Shown piece by piece: positions 24,864 to 33,167 of a stretch of 35,512 bases of DNA. Source of the stretch: an uncultured Planctomycetaceae bacterium (lineage in GTDB: Bacteria > Planctomycetota > Planctomycetia > Pirellulales > Lacipirellulaceae). Position numbers and translations under genes: made by a program. The stretch covers positions 1 to 35,512 of the forward strand of contig CAZHIV010000227.1 in NCBI GenBank assembly GCA_964532675.1, read 5' to 3'. Every line of letters starts with the position of its first letter. The first letter of the stretch is position 1. The notes beneath the pieces are model-generated. The model saw only the letters and a list, made by a program, of their open reading frames with translations. It searched no databases and was not told the DNA's origin.

Positions 24864-25685
24864 TTACTCAGCCGCGACGGCCACCAGTTCCTCGCTCACT
24901 GCTTCGATCTGCTGGGCGGTGAGCCGAGGCAGCTTGTCGGCGAATCCGACCAGTAGCGCGAGATCGCCCAGGCGATTGATTTGCCGCGGCGTGCCGTGGC
25001 CGAGGTAGTGCAGCGCTTCGACGGCGTCGGGCGTGAAGATTTCGCGTGCCGCCCCGGCCGCCTGCAAGCGGTGACGGACGTAGCCGGCGGTTTCTTGGGC
25101 GGTGAACGAGCGAACGAGGGCTTTCACCGCGGCCCTCTCCTCCAGGCTCGTCAGGCGGCCGACCGCCGAAACCAGGCCCATTTGTCCCACCAGGAGCAGC
25201 GTGAGCGTCGGTTGGCCGGCCACCTCGAAATTGAGCAATAGACGCAGCGTTTCCAGCGCGCCGCAGTCTTCGAGCAGGTGGGCCTCATCGATCGCCACCA
25301 CCGCGTGCCGGCCCCGTTGGGCGTTCTGCTGCAACAGGAACTCGAGCCGGCGGACGCTTTCCTCGATCGTGTGCCGGGGCGGGTCGGCCGGCGGCGCCCC
25401 AAGCTGCTCCGCCAGGTAAACCAGCAGGTCGCGGCTCGACATCTGGGGAAATACGAGGTGGACCTGGGGCCGAAACGTTTCGCCCAGCTCGCCGCGAAAG
25501 AGCTGCACGAGCATCGTCTTGCCGACGCCCGCCGGGCCCGCCAGCAGCGCCGCCGCACGGCGATTCTCCACCGCGTAGCGAAGCTTCAGCAGCGCCGCCT
25601 CGTGGGATTCGCAGGAGTAGAACGTCGCCCGATCCGTGCCGGGTTCGAACGGCTTATTCGCCAGTTGCCAATAGTCGAGATACAT
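24864..25685 (-). CDS. ExeA/GspA/MshM-like AAA ATPase (PEP-CTERM-locus type putative secretion ATPase-like)
   Basis: The N-terminus is YLDYWQLANKPFEPGTDRATFYSCESHEAALLKLRYAV, the family-typical y..fFgL...PF start. Walker A is GPAGVGKT and Walker B is the DEAH-like VAIDEAHLL. It has 273 aa, with no TM or peptidoglycan-binding domain. Confidence 0.7.
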   Translation of the reverse strand: MYLDYWQLANKPFEPGTDRATFYSCESHEAALLKLRYAVENRRAAALLAGPAGVGKTMLVQLFRGELGETFRPQVHLVFPQMSSRDLLVYLAEQLGAPPADPPRHTIEESVRRLEFLLQQNAQRGRHAVVAIDEAHLLEDCGALETLRLLLNFEVAGQPTLTLLLVGQMGLVSAVGRLTSLEERAAVKALVRSFTAQETAGYVRHRLQAAGAAREIFTPDAVEALHYLGHGTPRQINRLGDLALLVGFADKLPRLTAQQIEAVSEELVAVAAE

Positions 25686-25708
25686 GGGAAGAGGTCAGGG
25701 GTCGGAGG

Positions 25709-26707
25709 TCAGGCTTGTGAGGTCGCCCTTGGCGTAGCAACGCGGTTCTCAATCGTGCCCAACAGCTCGCAGCCACTGCGGCCGAGGTGCGCCGCCAAGG
25801 TTGCCAGTTCGCTGGTCGCGGCCGGCTTCGGACCGGTGACGGCGAGTATCGCGTCGAGCCCCATGTTGCGCGTGAGCTCGAGCACGATCGGCTGCGACGT
25901 GGCATCGAAAAAAGCGCCCGTATCGATCAACACCAGGTCGTAGGCATGCCGCAGCACGCCGGCCGTAACCACGGCCTGCAAACCGCCGACGAGGCGCAGG
26001 ACATTGTTCGGCTTCCGGTCACCGAGCGCCAACAGATCGAAACGGTTGTCCTTGGCGCGGACGACCGCATCGGCCAGCGGCCCGCCGTGCTGGAGCACTT
26101 CCTGCCAGCCGATCGTCGGGACCGCTTCGAGCCACGAAGCCAGCCGCGGACGGCAAAAATTGCCCTCCACCAGGATCACGCGGCGATCGCGGCACGCCAG
26201 TCGCGCCGCCAGGCACAAGGCGGTCGTCGTCGCTCCCAGGCCGGATTTCAGACCCATCACGCCGATCAGCGACCGGCCTCCTCCCGCTTCCGTCACGAGC
26301 CGGTCGGCGACGCCGTCGAGCTGTGTGCCGCACCGCTCGGCGAGCGCCCGGCAGATAGGGGGCCATTGAAACGCGGCGATCGTCGTTCCCGGCCGAAGGA
26401 ACTCGCCTTCTGCCAGCTGCGCGCCGGGCGCCGCGTGGAGCGGCCGGGCAATAAACGCCGAGAGCGGTTGCTTCTCGGCCCCGCCGCGGGCTGCATGGCT
26501 TTGGGTTTTCGCGCCGAGGGCGGCACCCTCTGGCAGTGGACCGTATAGGGCCGACCGCTCGCCCGTCGCGGAGGCGACGGAATTCATCGCCACGCCTGCG
26601 CCGGTCGGTGCCGGCCGGACGGAGCCGGTGATCGCCGGGGTCGCCGGCGCGGCCTGAGGGTCGTCGTGACGGTATGCCTTAATGAAGGCTTGGTCGGTTG
26701 TCGTCAT
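25709..26707 (-). CDS. ParA/MinD/BY-kinase-like P-loop protein with degenerate Walker A, plus a ~140-aa low-complexity N-terminal region
   Basis: The C-terminal half aligns by eye to the BY-kinase/ParA fold. It shows VMGLKSGLGATTT (Walker A position), VILVEGNFCRPRL (Walker A' position), YDLVLIDTG (Walker B) and LLGTIENRV. The P-loop Lys is replaced by Ala. ATG start at 26707. Confidence 0.6.
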   Translation of the reverse strand: MTTTDQAFIKAYRHDDPQAAPATPAITGSVRPAPTGAGVAMNSVASATGERSALYGPLPEGAALGAKTQSHAARGGAEKQPLSAFIARPLHAAPGAQLAEGEFLRPGTTIAAFQWPPICRALAERCGTQLDGVADRLVTEAGGGRSLIGVMGLKSGLGATTTALCLAARLACRDRRVILVEGNFCRPRLASWLEAVPTIGWQEVLQHGGPLADAVVRAKDNRFDLLALGDRKPNNVLRLVGGLQAVVTAGVLRHAYDLVLIDTGAFFDATSQPIVLELTRNMGLDAILAVTGPKPAATSELATLAAHLGRSGCELLGTIENRVATPRATSQA

Positions 26708-27656
26708 GTTGGACCTGTGGGGTAGGAGCCGCGATGGAACCGGTCAAGCGGGCCACGGCCGACGACGAGGGCGAGGTTGGCCTCGCGCCCGGCTGCCGCG
26801 CGGCGTTCGGTTGCGCCGAATCGCTTTGCGGTTCTGGCCGGCTTGCGAAGCGCGAGCCTTCGACGACTGTTGTTCCAGGCTTGCCGATTTGCGAAAGTTC
26901 TTCGCTCGCAGCTTCTTCCTGGTCAGATAAAACGCGTTCCTCGGAGTCGTCGGACGTCTGCACCTGCGGCACGAGTCGCCAATTCGATACGGCAGCTCGC
27001 GGCGCGGCCGGTACTACCGATGATTGCGGGTTGTCAATTGCCGAGCGGCGACGCTCCTTCGGCCGCAACCCGGTTCTGGGCGTCTTCGAGCCCAACGGTC
27101 CTGCCGCGGTTGGTGGCGAGTCTGGCGACTCAAAGGTATGAGTGGCCGCAGGAACGGCTTCCGGTTTCAGCGACTGTTGGGCGGTCGTAGTGACCGGTTC
27201 CAGGCCGTCGTCGGCCCGCTCAGATTGGCGTCGGATCGTCAGGATCGACGTCCCGATGGCCGTGAACAGCGCGAACAAGAACAGGAAACGGGCGACCGGC
27301 GCGAGCGTGTCGGCCAGGCTTGTGCGTGGGATTTCAAACGGGTTCGAGCGGGGCAGTATGGGCGAATCGCCGCGGAACTTGTGCCCAGCCTTGCCCGGCA
27401 GTATATGCGGCTGCCCCGGCTGAGACGCGGTCGACGCGCCCCCGCTCGCAGTTGCACGATCCAATTTGCGTCTGCTCCGCTCCGCACTTTCCGGCGGGTC
27501 GAACCGATAACTGACGAAGCCCGCTGCCGCCGCTCGGTTCGGCCGCGGAGTCGCGTGCGATACTTCACCGGTCAAGTCGGGCAGCCGCGCCAGGACGGGC
27601 CACTCGGAGCCGTCGACGCGCGAAGCCGAATCGGATGTCGTGGAAGTTGTTTTCAA
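26679..27656 (-). CDS. Hypothetical single-pass membrane protein, Pro/Ser/Ala-rich
   Basis: The ORF has high third-position GC. One TM helix is present (about aa 119..141, LAPVARFLFLFALFTAIGTSILTI). There is no internal Met, so the start must be non-ATG (TTG at 27656 in the ORF track). It overlaps the next gene by 29 nt. I recognise no family. Confidence 0.45.
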   Translation of the reverse strand: MKTTSTTSDSASRVDGSEWPVLARLPDLTGEVSHATPRPNRAAAAGFVSYRFDPPESAERSRRKLDRATASGGASTASQPGQPHILPGKAGHKFRGDSPILPRSNPFEIPRTSLADTLAPVARFLFLFALFTAIGTSILTIRRQSERADDGLEPVTTTAQQSLKPEAVPAATHTFESPDSPPTAAGPLGSKTPRTGLRPKERRRSAIDNPQSSVVPAAPRAAVSNWRLVPQVQTSDDSEERVLSDQEEAASEELSQIGKPGTTVVEGSRFASRPEPQSDSAQPNAARQPGARPTSPSSSAVARLTGSIAAPTPQVQHDDNRPSLH

Positions 27657-27673
27657 CGTGTTACCCGACGGCT

Positions 27674-27757
27674 CAGTGGCACAGGCCGCTGGCCTGTGTC
27701 ACAGTTTTGCAGTTGCCCGCACCGGCTGGCAGCCGGTGCCACTTGTTTTGAAACCGG
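27674..27757. repeat. 85-nt double-hairpin repeat, copy B
   Basis: A direct copy of 24719..24803. The first 41 nt are identical. It lies 18 nt upstream (in gene sense) of the 27656 start, inside the 340-nt spacer after the kinase gene. Confidence 0.85.
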
Positions 27758-27996
27758 TTCTCGTGCGAAAGTGAATACGCGCGCAGCATCAAACCTTTGG
27801 AGACGCTGCCAGCCCCAGTGAGTCTATCGGGTAGCGGTTGCGGGGCCCTTGAGGATTGGCGCAATCGCGGACGAGAACGTCCGCTAGCGCTAGCAATGCT
27901 GCTGCTCGAGCGACTCGCGCTCACCTGTGGCGGCCAAATCCACCGTTTTCGCGATCAAGCGGGCGAATTAACGGCTGCGGATTCTGCAGATTAGCT

Positions 27997-30900
27997 TTAA
28001 GGCGCCCGGCGGGCGGTGAGCGCGTCGCCGTTGCGCCAATCGTCCGCCAGCCAGATAATTGCCGTGCCGTCGCGGCTGGAGGTGAGCACGTTGCGGCCCC
28101 GCGGCGAGAAACTTACCGACGTGACTTCCTGCGTATGCCCAGGTAGCGAAAGGACTTCTTTGCCGGTCCGGGCGTCCCACAACTTGGCGGTGTAATCCTG
28201 GCTGCCGGTGAGGGCCCGCCTTCCGTCGGGCGAGATGGTGACGGAAGTGATCGCCGCCGTGTGGCCAGCCAGCGTGTGCAGCACTTCTCCGGATTCGCAG
28301 TTCCAAATTTTGGCCGTCTTGTCCTGGCTGCCTGTGATGACCTGCGTTCCGTCGGGCGAGAACCGGCCCGAAAGGACAGCCCACTGATGCCCCTCGAGCG
28401 GCTTCAGCGTTTCGCCACTGTCGCGGTCCCAGATGCGAGCCGTTTTGTCGCCGCTGACCGTGAGGATCCGCTTGCCGTCGGGCGAAAATGTGGCCGCCAA
28501 TATGCGGGCCGTGTGTCCGCGCAACACGGCGCCGCTCGGCCGGCCCGTTTCCACGTCCCATAGCCGGGCCGTTCCGTCATCGCTCGCTGTCAGCAGGTAT
28601 CGTCCATCGGGCGAGAATTCCACCGAGTTGATGTAGCCCGCGTGGCCGCTGTCCAGCTTGCGGATCGCCCGGCCTGTCGCCGCATCCCAAATCTTGGCGG
28701 AATGGTCCCAGCTTCCGGTTGCTACGAGCTTTCCGTCGGGCGAGATGGCGGCCGAGGCCACCGCGCCGTGCGGGCTGTACCGCACGGCAGAGCGGCGCGA
28801 TTCGGGTTTCTGCAATTTCACCGCTTCGACGTTCCACAACTGGGCATCGTTGCCGCCGATCGTCAGCAGGTGCCGGCCGCCGGGCGCAAATGTCGCCGCC
28901 CAAACTTCGCCGCCCAGCGCATTGAAATCCAGAATCGGCTCGGCGAGCCGCCCGGGTGCCTGGTTGGCGGAGCCGCGGGCCGCCGAAAGGTCCCACAGCC
29001 GCACGAGCTTGTCCGCCGACGAGGCCAGCACCGCCGTGCTGCCGTCCGGCGAAAAGCCCGATGAGTTGAACGGCGCTCCCGGCGACTGCACGGAAGCGAG
29101 CTGCGTGGCGTCGGCCAGTCGCCACAGCCGCGCCATGCCGTCGTCGCACGTCGTCAGCGCCATGGTGCCGTCGGCAGACATGTCGAGCGAGCTGACCCAA
29201 TCCGGGTGTGTCAGCACGAGCTGCCGCAATTCTTCGCCGCTGGCCACATCCCACTGGCCGCAGGTGCGATCGCCGCTGGCGGTGATCAGCCTTCGGCTGT
29301 CGAGCGTGAAACGCAGGGCCGTGATCGTGCCGTTGTGACCGGTCACCTCGCGCACAAAGTCCCATCGGGGCTCCGAATTCTGATTCGTCCGCCGCCAAAG
29401 TCGCACGCGGCCTCCCTCGCCGCCGCTGGCCAGCCACTCGCCCGATGGCGAGAACGCCAGCGCCGAGACCTCCCGGATATGTCCGCTCAGCGTGGCAGCC
29501 AGCTTGCCAGTTCGAGCGTTCCAAATTTGGATGTCGGTGCCGACGCTGCCCGTAGCGATCCACTTGCTGTCGGGCGAAACGGCCAGCGTGCCGATCCGGC
29601 CGGTGGGGGTGAGGACCGTCTCTTCGGTGCCGGCGGCCAGCTTCCAGATCCGCACCGAGTTATCGCCTGCGCCGGTAGCAAGGTGCTGGCCGTCGGGAAA
29701 GAAAACGGCGCCGGACACCAGGAATTCATGTCCCTCTTCAAAGCGTCGCAGCGGCTTGCCGTTGGCCGCGTCCCACAGGCTGGCCGTGCGATCGCGGCTG
29801 GCCGTCACGATCTGGCGGCCGTCGGGTGAAAACCGCGCCGAGAGGACCGCGTCCTCGTGGCCGGAGAAGGCGGTCGCATGCAGTACGCGCACTTCCTGAT
29901 AGCCTTGCACGTTCCAAACCCGCGCTTGCTGGTCGTCGCCACCGGAGAGGACCCATTGGCCGTCGGGCGCGAACGCGCAGGCCCGCACGGGACTGCCGTG
30001 CCCGCGCAGCGCCTTCACTCCCTCGCCGGTTGCCACGTCCCAGACGCGGATCGTATTGTCTTCGCTGCCGCTGATCACCAACTGGCCGTTGGGCGAGAAC
30101 GCGACCGCCCGCACCGGGCCGTCATGGCCGCTGAGAATCATATGGTCGGCCCGCGGATCGGCGGCGCCTTCCAGCCGACGGCCGATATCGACCGGCTGAA
30201 CTTCGTCCGGATTCCAAATCATCACGCGGTTGTCGTAGCCGCCCGTGCACACGAGTGTGCCGTCCGGCGAGAACCTGGCCGAATACACCGCGCCGCCGTG
30301 GCCGTTGAACTCGGTGAGTCGGGCGTAGTGGGGCTGGGGGCTGGGGGCTGGGGGCTGGGGGCTGGCAGAGGGCTGTTCAGTGACTTCTTGCTTCTGCCAT
30401 ACGACCGCGCGTCCGTCCTGGCCGGCGGTGACAATTCGCTTTGCGTCGGGCGAGAACTCGGCCGCCCAGACCCACCAATTGTGTCCTTTGAACTCCTGCA
30501 GCATGCGCCGGGTGGCCAGGTCCCAGAGTCGGGCCGTGTTGTCGTACGAACCGCTCAGAAGCTGCCGGCCGTCGGGCGAGAAACACACCGAAAGTACACC
30601 GTCTCTGTGGCCGGGCAGCGTCGCCAGCACTTTGCCGTCGGCCGCGCTGTGGATTTTGATCGTTTTGTTGCTGCTGCCGCTGGCAATGTACCGGCCGTCC
30701 GGCGAATACGCCACCGAGTGGACGTACTGGCCGTGCTGCACCGGCGGGAAACGCAGCGTGCCTGTTTGGGCATCGCGCACGGTGATCTTGCCGCCGAAGT
30801 CGCCCGTGACGAACGAGCGGCCGTCCGGCGAGTAGGCCACGGCGTCGATCGGGCCTTCGGCCGCGTAGGCCGCGGTGCCGAGCTGTGTCAGATGAACCAG

Positions 30901-33120
30901 CCGCCCCCACTCCCAATTGCGCAGCTCCGGATTGCTTTCCTGGAGCAGCTCGTAGGCATAATCGAACGCGTTGTCGTTGATCTTGGCGGCCGCCAGGCCG
31001 ATCTGCGCGACGTACGCTTCGTATTCCTCGCGCTCCTTGGCGAGCTCGGCCGCTTCGCGCTGCTTTTCTTCCTCTTGGCGGGCCAGTGCTTCATTCGCTC
31101 GGGCTTTCTCGGCATCGCGACGCCGCTGATCGGCCAGCTCGCGGGCCTTCTCCTCTTCCAGTTTGGCCAGCGTGGCGGCGTCGCGGTCTTTCTCGGCCTG
31201 CTGTCGGGCGGTCGCTTCGCCCTCCTGCGCGGCCACGGCCAGGTCTTTTTGATTGACCGCTTCGTCGCGCGCCCGGCTCACTTGGAAATAGGCCACCGTG
31301 ACCGTGACCACCACCACCGCCGCCAACCCGGCCACGGCCCGCTTGGCCAGGCGCAGCCGGCGCTGGCGGGCATCGCGTTCGGCGCGGGCCGCGTCGATTT
31401 GCTTCGTCAGCGCCTGGTGCTCGGCCTGGCTGCCGTCCAACAGCGACGCCGCCAGATCGAAGTCGCCCTTGTTGAGCGCGCACGTGGCATAGTCGCGCTG
31501 CGTCTCGGTCAAGAGGAGCCGCGCCCGCTGATTGCCGTTCCACAGCGTTAGCGATTCCTGGAAGCCGTACAGCGCGCGGGCGTACGGCTGGTAGTCGTTC
31601 GTCTCCCGTGCCTTTTGCAGATTCTGGTTTGCGTGCGCCGACAGGACCAGGCTTTCGGAGTGCGACTGATAGACCCGGATCGCTTCTTGAAACTCTTTGA
31701 CGGTCTGGTAGCGATCCTCCTGCCGCGTGGCCATGGCCTTGAGCGCCAAGGCCTTCAATTCGCCATCGTAGCGGATCGGGTCAATGCGGTTCTGCGACGC
31801 CGCCATCAGGCACTGCATCACGTCGCGGCCGGAGTGCGGCGGCTGGCCGCCGATAATCTCGTAGAGGATTGCCCCGAGGAGGTAGACGTCGCTAGTCTTA
31901 TTGATGTTCTCGACCGGGCCGCGGGCCATTTCCGGCGCCATGTAGGCCGGCGTGCCGCCCAGGCTGTCGGCCTGGTACACCGTATCCACGTGGGCGAACT
32001 CGGGCGTGATGCGCGCGAGCCCCCAGTCCATCACCAGCACTTCGCCGAAATCGCCCAGCATCACGTTTTCGGGCTTCAAGTCGCGGTGAATCACGCCGCC
32101 CGCGTGGGCAAACGCCACCGCGTCTGCCACGCGCAACAGGATGCTGAGGTTCTCGTCGAGCTGTTTCTGGTGGATGACCTTGTCCCACGGCGTGCCGCGA
32201 ACCCGCTTCATCGAGTAGAACAACGCTCCCTCGTCGTTCGCGCCCAGGTCGTAAATCGGCACGATGTTCGGATGATCCAGCTCGCCGGTGACGACCGCTT
32301 CGGAGATGAACTTGTCGCGTTGGTCCTCGCGCACTTTGGCAGAGGGCTTGAGCATTTTCACGGCGACGGTCCGCGCGATGGACGACTGGTGGGCCGCGTA
32401 CACCACCCCCATGCCGCCTTCGCCGATGATGTCCAGCAGCTCGTAATCGGGCACTTCCGCCAGGTTCATCGGCGGCGCGCCGCCGTTCGTGCGCTTTTCG
32501 CGAATGTAGCGCGACTTCACCGGCAGCGACGAGCGAAAGCCCGATACCGTCTCCCGCTGCCGGATGGTCTGCCCCTGCCGGGCGTCGCGGTCGAACGTGC
32601 CGCGCCACTGCGAGTCGAGCCGCCGCGCGTCGGCCGACGAGGCGTCCAGGTCGATCGTCCGGTCGCTTTCGTACGTGTGAGTCGAGCGGCGCGTTGCCTT
32701 CTTGCTCGGATCCTCGGCGGTCGGGCCTACCGGGGCATCGAACATGATCGTCATGTCCGACTGGTCGGGTACCGTGGGCGCCTTGCGCTCGGGGCCGCTG
32801 GCCTTCTCCGGCGAGGCGGCCGCATCCTTCTCACGATCCGCCTCCGATGTGTCCGCCTGGCTCGCTTGGATCGTCGCGCCGCCTTGGCCCGTGTCGGTCA
32901 GTTCGAAGTCCAGCGATTCGTCCGACGCGGCGGTATCCGAAACGACATGCTCCTGGGTAGCGCCCGATGGTGGGTTGCCGCCGTCTGGATCGCGCAACAA
33001 TCGCTTGTCCTCAATTGTGCGCTGGGCCAGCTTCCGCAGCACGGCACCGCAATGAGGGCATTTGCCGGACGACACGGCCGCCTGATCTAGTTCGCCTTGG
33101 CAAGCATGACACGTTCGCAT
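27997..33120 (-). CDS. Membrane-spanning Ser/Thr protein kinase with N-terminal zinc ribbon, coiled coil and about 22 WD40 repeats
   Basis: The ATG at 33120 gives MRTCHACQ...CPHCG. Hanks kinase motifs are GEGGMGVVY, VAVKML, HRDLKPEN, DWG and GTPAYMAPE (about nt 31670..32445). The TM helix is AVAGLAAVVVVTVTVAYF (about 31282..31344), preceded by RQRRLRLAKR. An E/K/R/A-rich coiled coil follows, then WD40 blades (GH...FSPDG...WD) from about 30870 to the stop codon. Confidence 0.88.
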   Translation of the reverse strand: MRTCHACQGELDQAAVSSGKCPHCGAVLRKLAQRTIEDKRLLRDPDGGNPPSGATQEHVVSDTAASDESLDFELTDTGQGGATIQASQADTSEADREKDAAASPEKASGPERKAPTVPDQSDMTIMFDAPVGPTAEDPSKKATRRSTHTYESDRTIDLDASSADARRLDSQWRGTFDRDARQGQTIRQRETVSGFRSSLPVKSRYIREKRTNGGAPPMNLAEVPDYELLDIIGEGGMGVVYAAHQSSIARTVAVKMLKPSAKVREDQRDKFISEAVVTGELDHPNIVPIYDLGANDEGALFYSMKRVRGTPWDKVIHQKQLDENLSILLRVADAVAFAHAGGVIHRDLKPENVMLGDFGEVLVMDWGLARITPEFAHVDTVYQADSLGGTPAYMAPEMARGPVENINKTSDVYLLGAILYEIIGGQPPHSGRDVMQCLMAASQNRIDPIRYDGELKALALKAMATRQEDRYQTVKEFQEAIRVYQSHSESLVLSAHANQNLQKARETNDYQPYARALYGFQESLTLWNGNQRARLLLTETQRDYATCALNKGDFDLAASLLDGSQAEHQALTKQIDAARAERDARQRRLRLAKRAVAGLAAVVVVTVTVAYFQVSRARDEAVNQKDLAVAAQEGEATARQQAEKDRDAATLAKLEEEKARELADQRRRDAEKARANEALARQEEEKQREAAELAKEREEYEAYVAQIGLAAAKINDNAFDYAYELLQESNPELRNWEWGRLVHLTQLGTAAYAAEGPIDAVAYSPDGRSFVTGDFGGKITVRDAQTGTLRFPPVQHGQYVHSVAYSPDGRYIASGSSNKTIKIHSAADGKVLATLPGHRDGVLSVCFSPDGRQLLSGSYDNTARLWDLATRRMLQEFKGHNWWVWAAEFSPDAKRIVTAGQDGRAVVWQKQEVTEQPSASPQPPAPSPQPHYARLTEFNGHGGAVYSARFSPDGTLVCTGGYDNRVMIWNPDEVQPVDIGRRLEGAADPRADHMILSGHDGPVRAVAFSPNGQLVISGSEDNTIRVWDVATGEGVKALRGHGSPVRACAFAPDGQWVLSGGDDQQARVWNVQGYQEVRVLHATAFSGHEDAVLSARFSPDGRQIVTASRDRTASLWDAANGKPLRRFEEGHEFLVSGAVFFPDGQHLATGAGDNSVRIWKLAAGTEETVLTPTGRIGTLAVSPDSKWIATGSVGTDIQIWNARTGKLAATLSGHIREVSALAFSPSGEWLASGGEGGRVRLWRRTNQNSEPRWDFVREVTGHNGTITALRFTLDSRRLITASGDRTCGQWDVASGEELRQLVLTHPDWVSSLDMSADGTMALTTCDDGMARLWRLADATQLASVQSPGAPFNSSGFSPDGSTAVLASSADKLVRLWDLSAARGSANQAPGRLAEPILDFNALGGEVWAATFAPGGRHLLTIGGNDAQLWNVEAVKLQKPESRRSAVRYSPHGAVASAAISPDGKLVATGSWDHSAKIWDAATGRAIRKLDSGHAGYINSVEFSPDGRYLLTASDDGTARLWDVETGRPSGAVLRGHTARILAATFSPDGKRILTVSGDKTARIWDRDSGETLKPLEGHQWAVLSGRFSPDGTQVITGSQDKTAKIWNCESGEVLHTLAGHTAAITSVTISPDGRRALTGSQDYTAKLWDARTGKEVLSLPGHTQEVTSVSFSPRGRNVLTSSRDGTAIIWLADDWRNGDALTARRAP
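30330..30363. repeat. (GGGGGCT)n heptanucleotide tract (about 5 units) inside the kinase-WD40 CDS
   Basis: A ggggct unit is followed by four perfect gggggct units. The tract is translated (minus strand) as SPQPPAPSPQP between two WD40 blades. Confidence 0.9.
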
Positions 33121-33167
33121 AGTTAATCTCGGCTTTCGCTCAGAGCCGCCGACAGACCCCACAGGTC

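Noticed and set aside
24719-27757. Repeat-bracketed 2.9-kb cassette considered as a composite transposon or integrated mobile element.
   Set aside because: There is no transposase, integrase or recombinase gene inside or next to it. I could identify no target-site duplication, and the repeats look like REP/terminator-type hairpins. I kept it only as a hypothesis in the findings and do not call it a mobile element.
27883-27894. Perfect 12-nt palindrome GCTAGCGCTAGC in the kinase/trio spacer, and a TTGTcGCGC-N6-GCGCgcACAA palindrome near 12781..12810.
   Set aside because: These are short single occurrences that could arise by chance in GC-rich DNA. There is no supporting promoter context, so they are too weak to call operators.
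27673-27924. 83-aa minus-strand ORF in the spacer between the kinase and the trio. The 24130..24747 ORF ends with the same MTQASGLCH-type peptide.
   Set aside because: Both ORFs run through the 85-nt repeat and owe their shared peptide to it. They have no start context or domain signal and overlap real genes or hairpins.
16412-30363. Short G-rich direct repeats and repeated hairpins considered as possible CRISPR arrays.
   Set aside because: The units are 7 nt and contiguous with no spacers. The 85-nt and 30-nt repeats occur only 2-3 times, at kilobase distances or as inverted pairs. There are no cas genes. This is not CRISPR.
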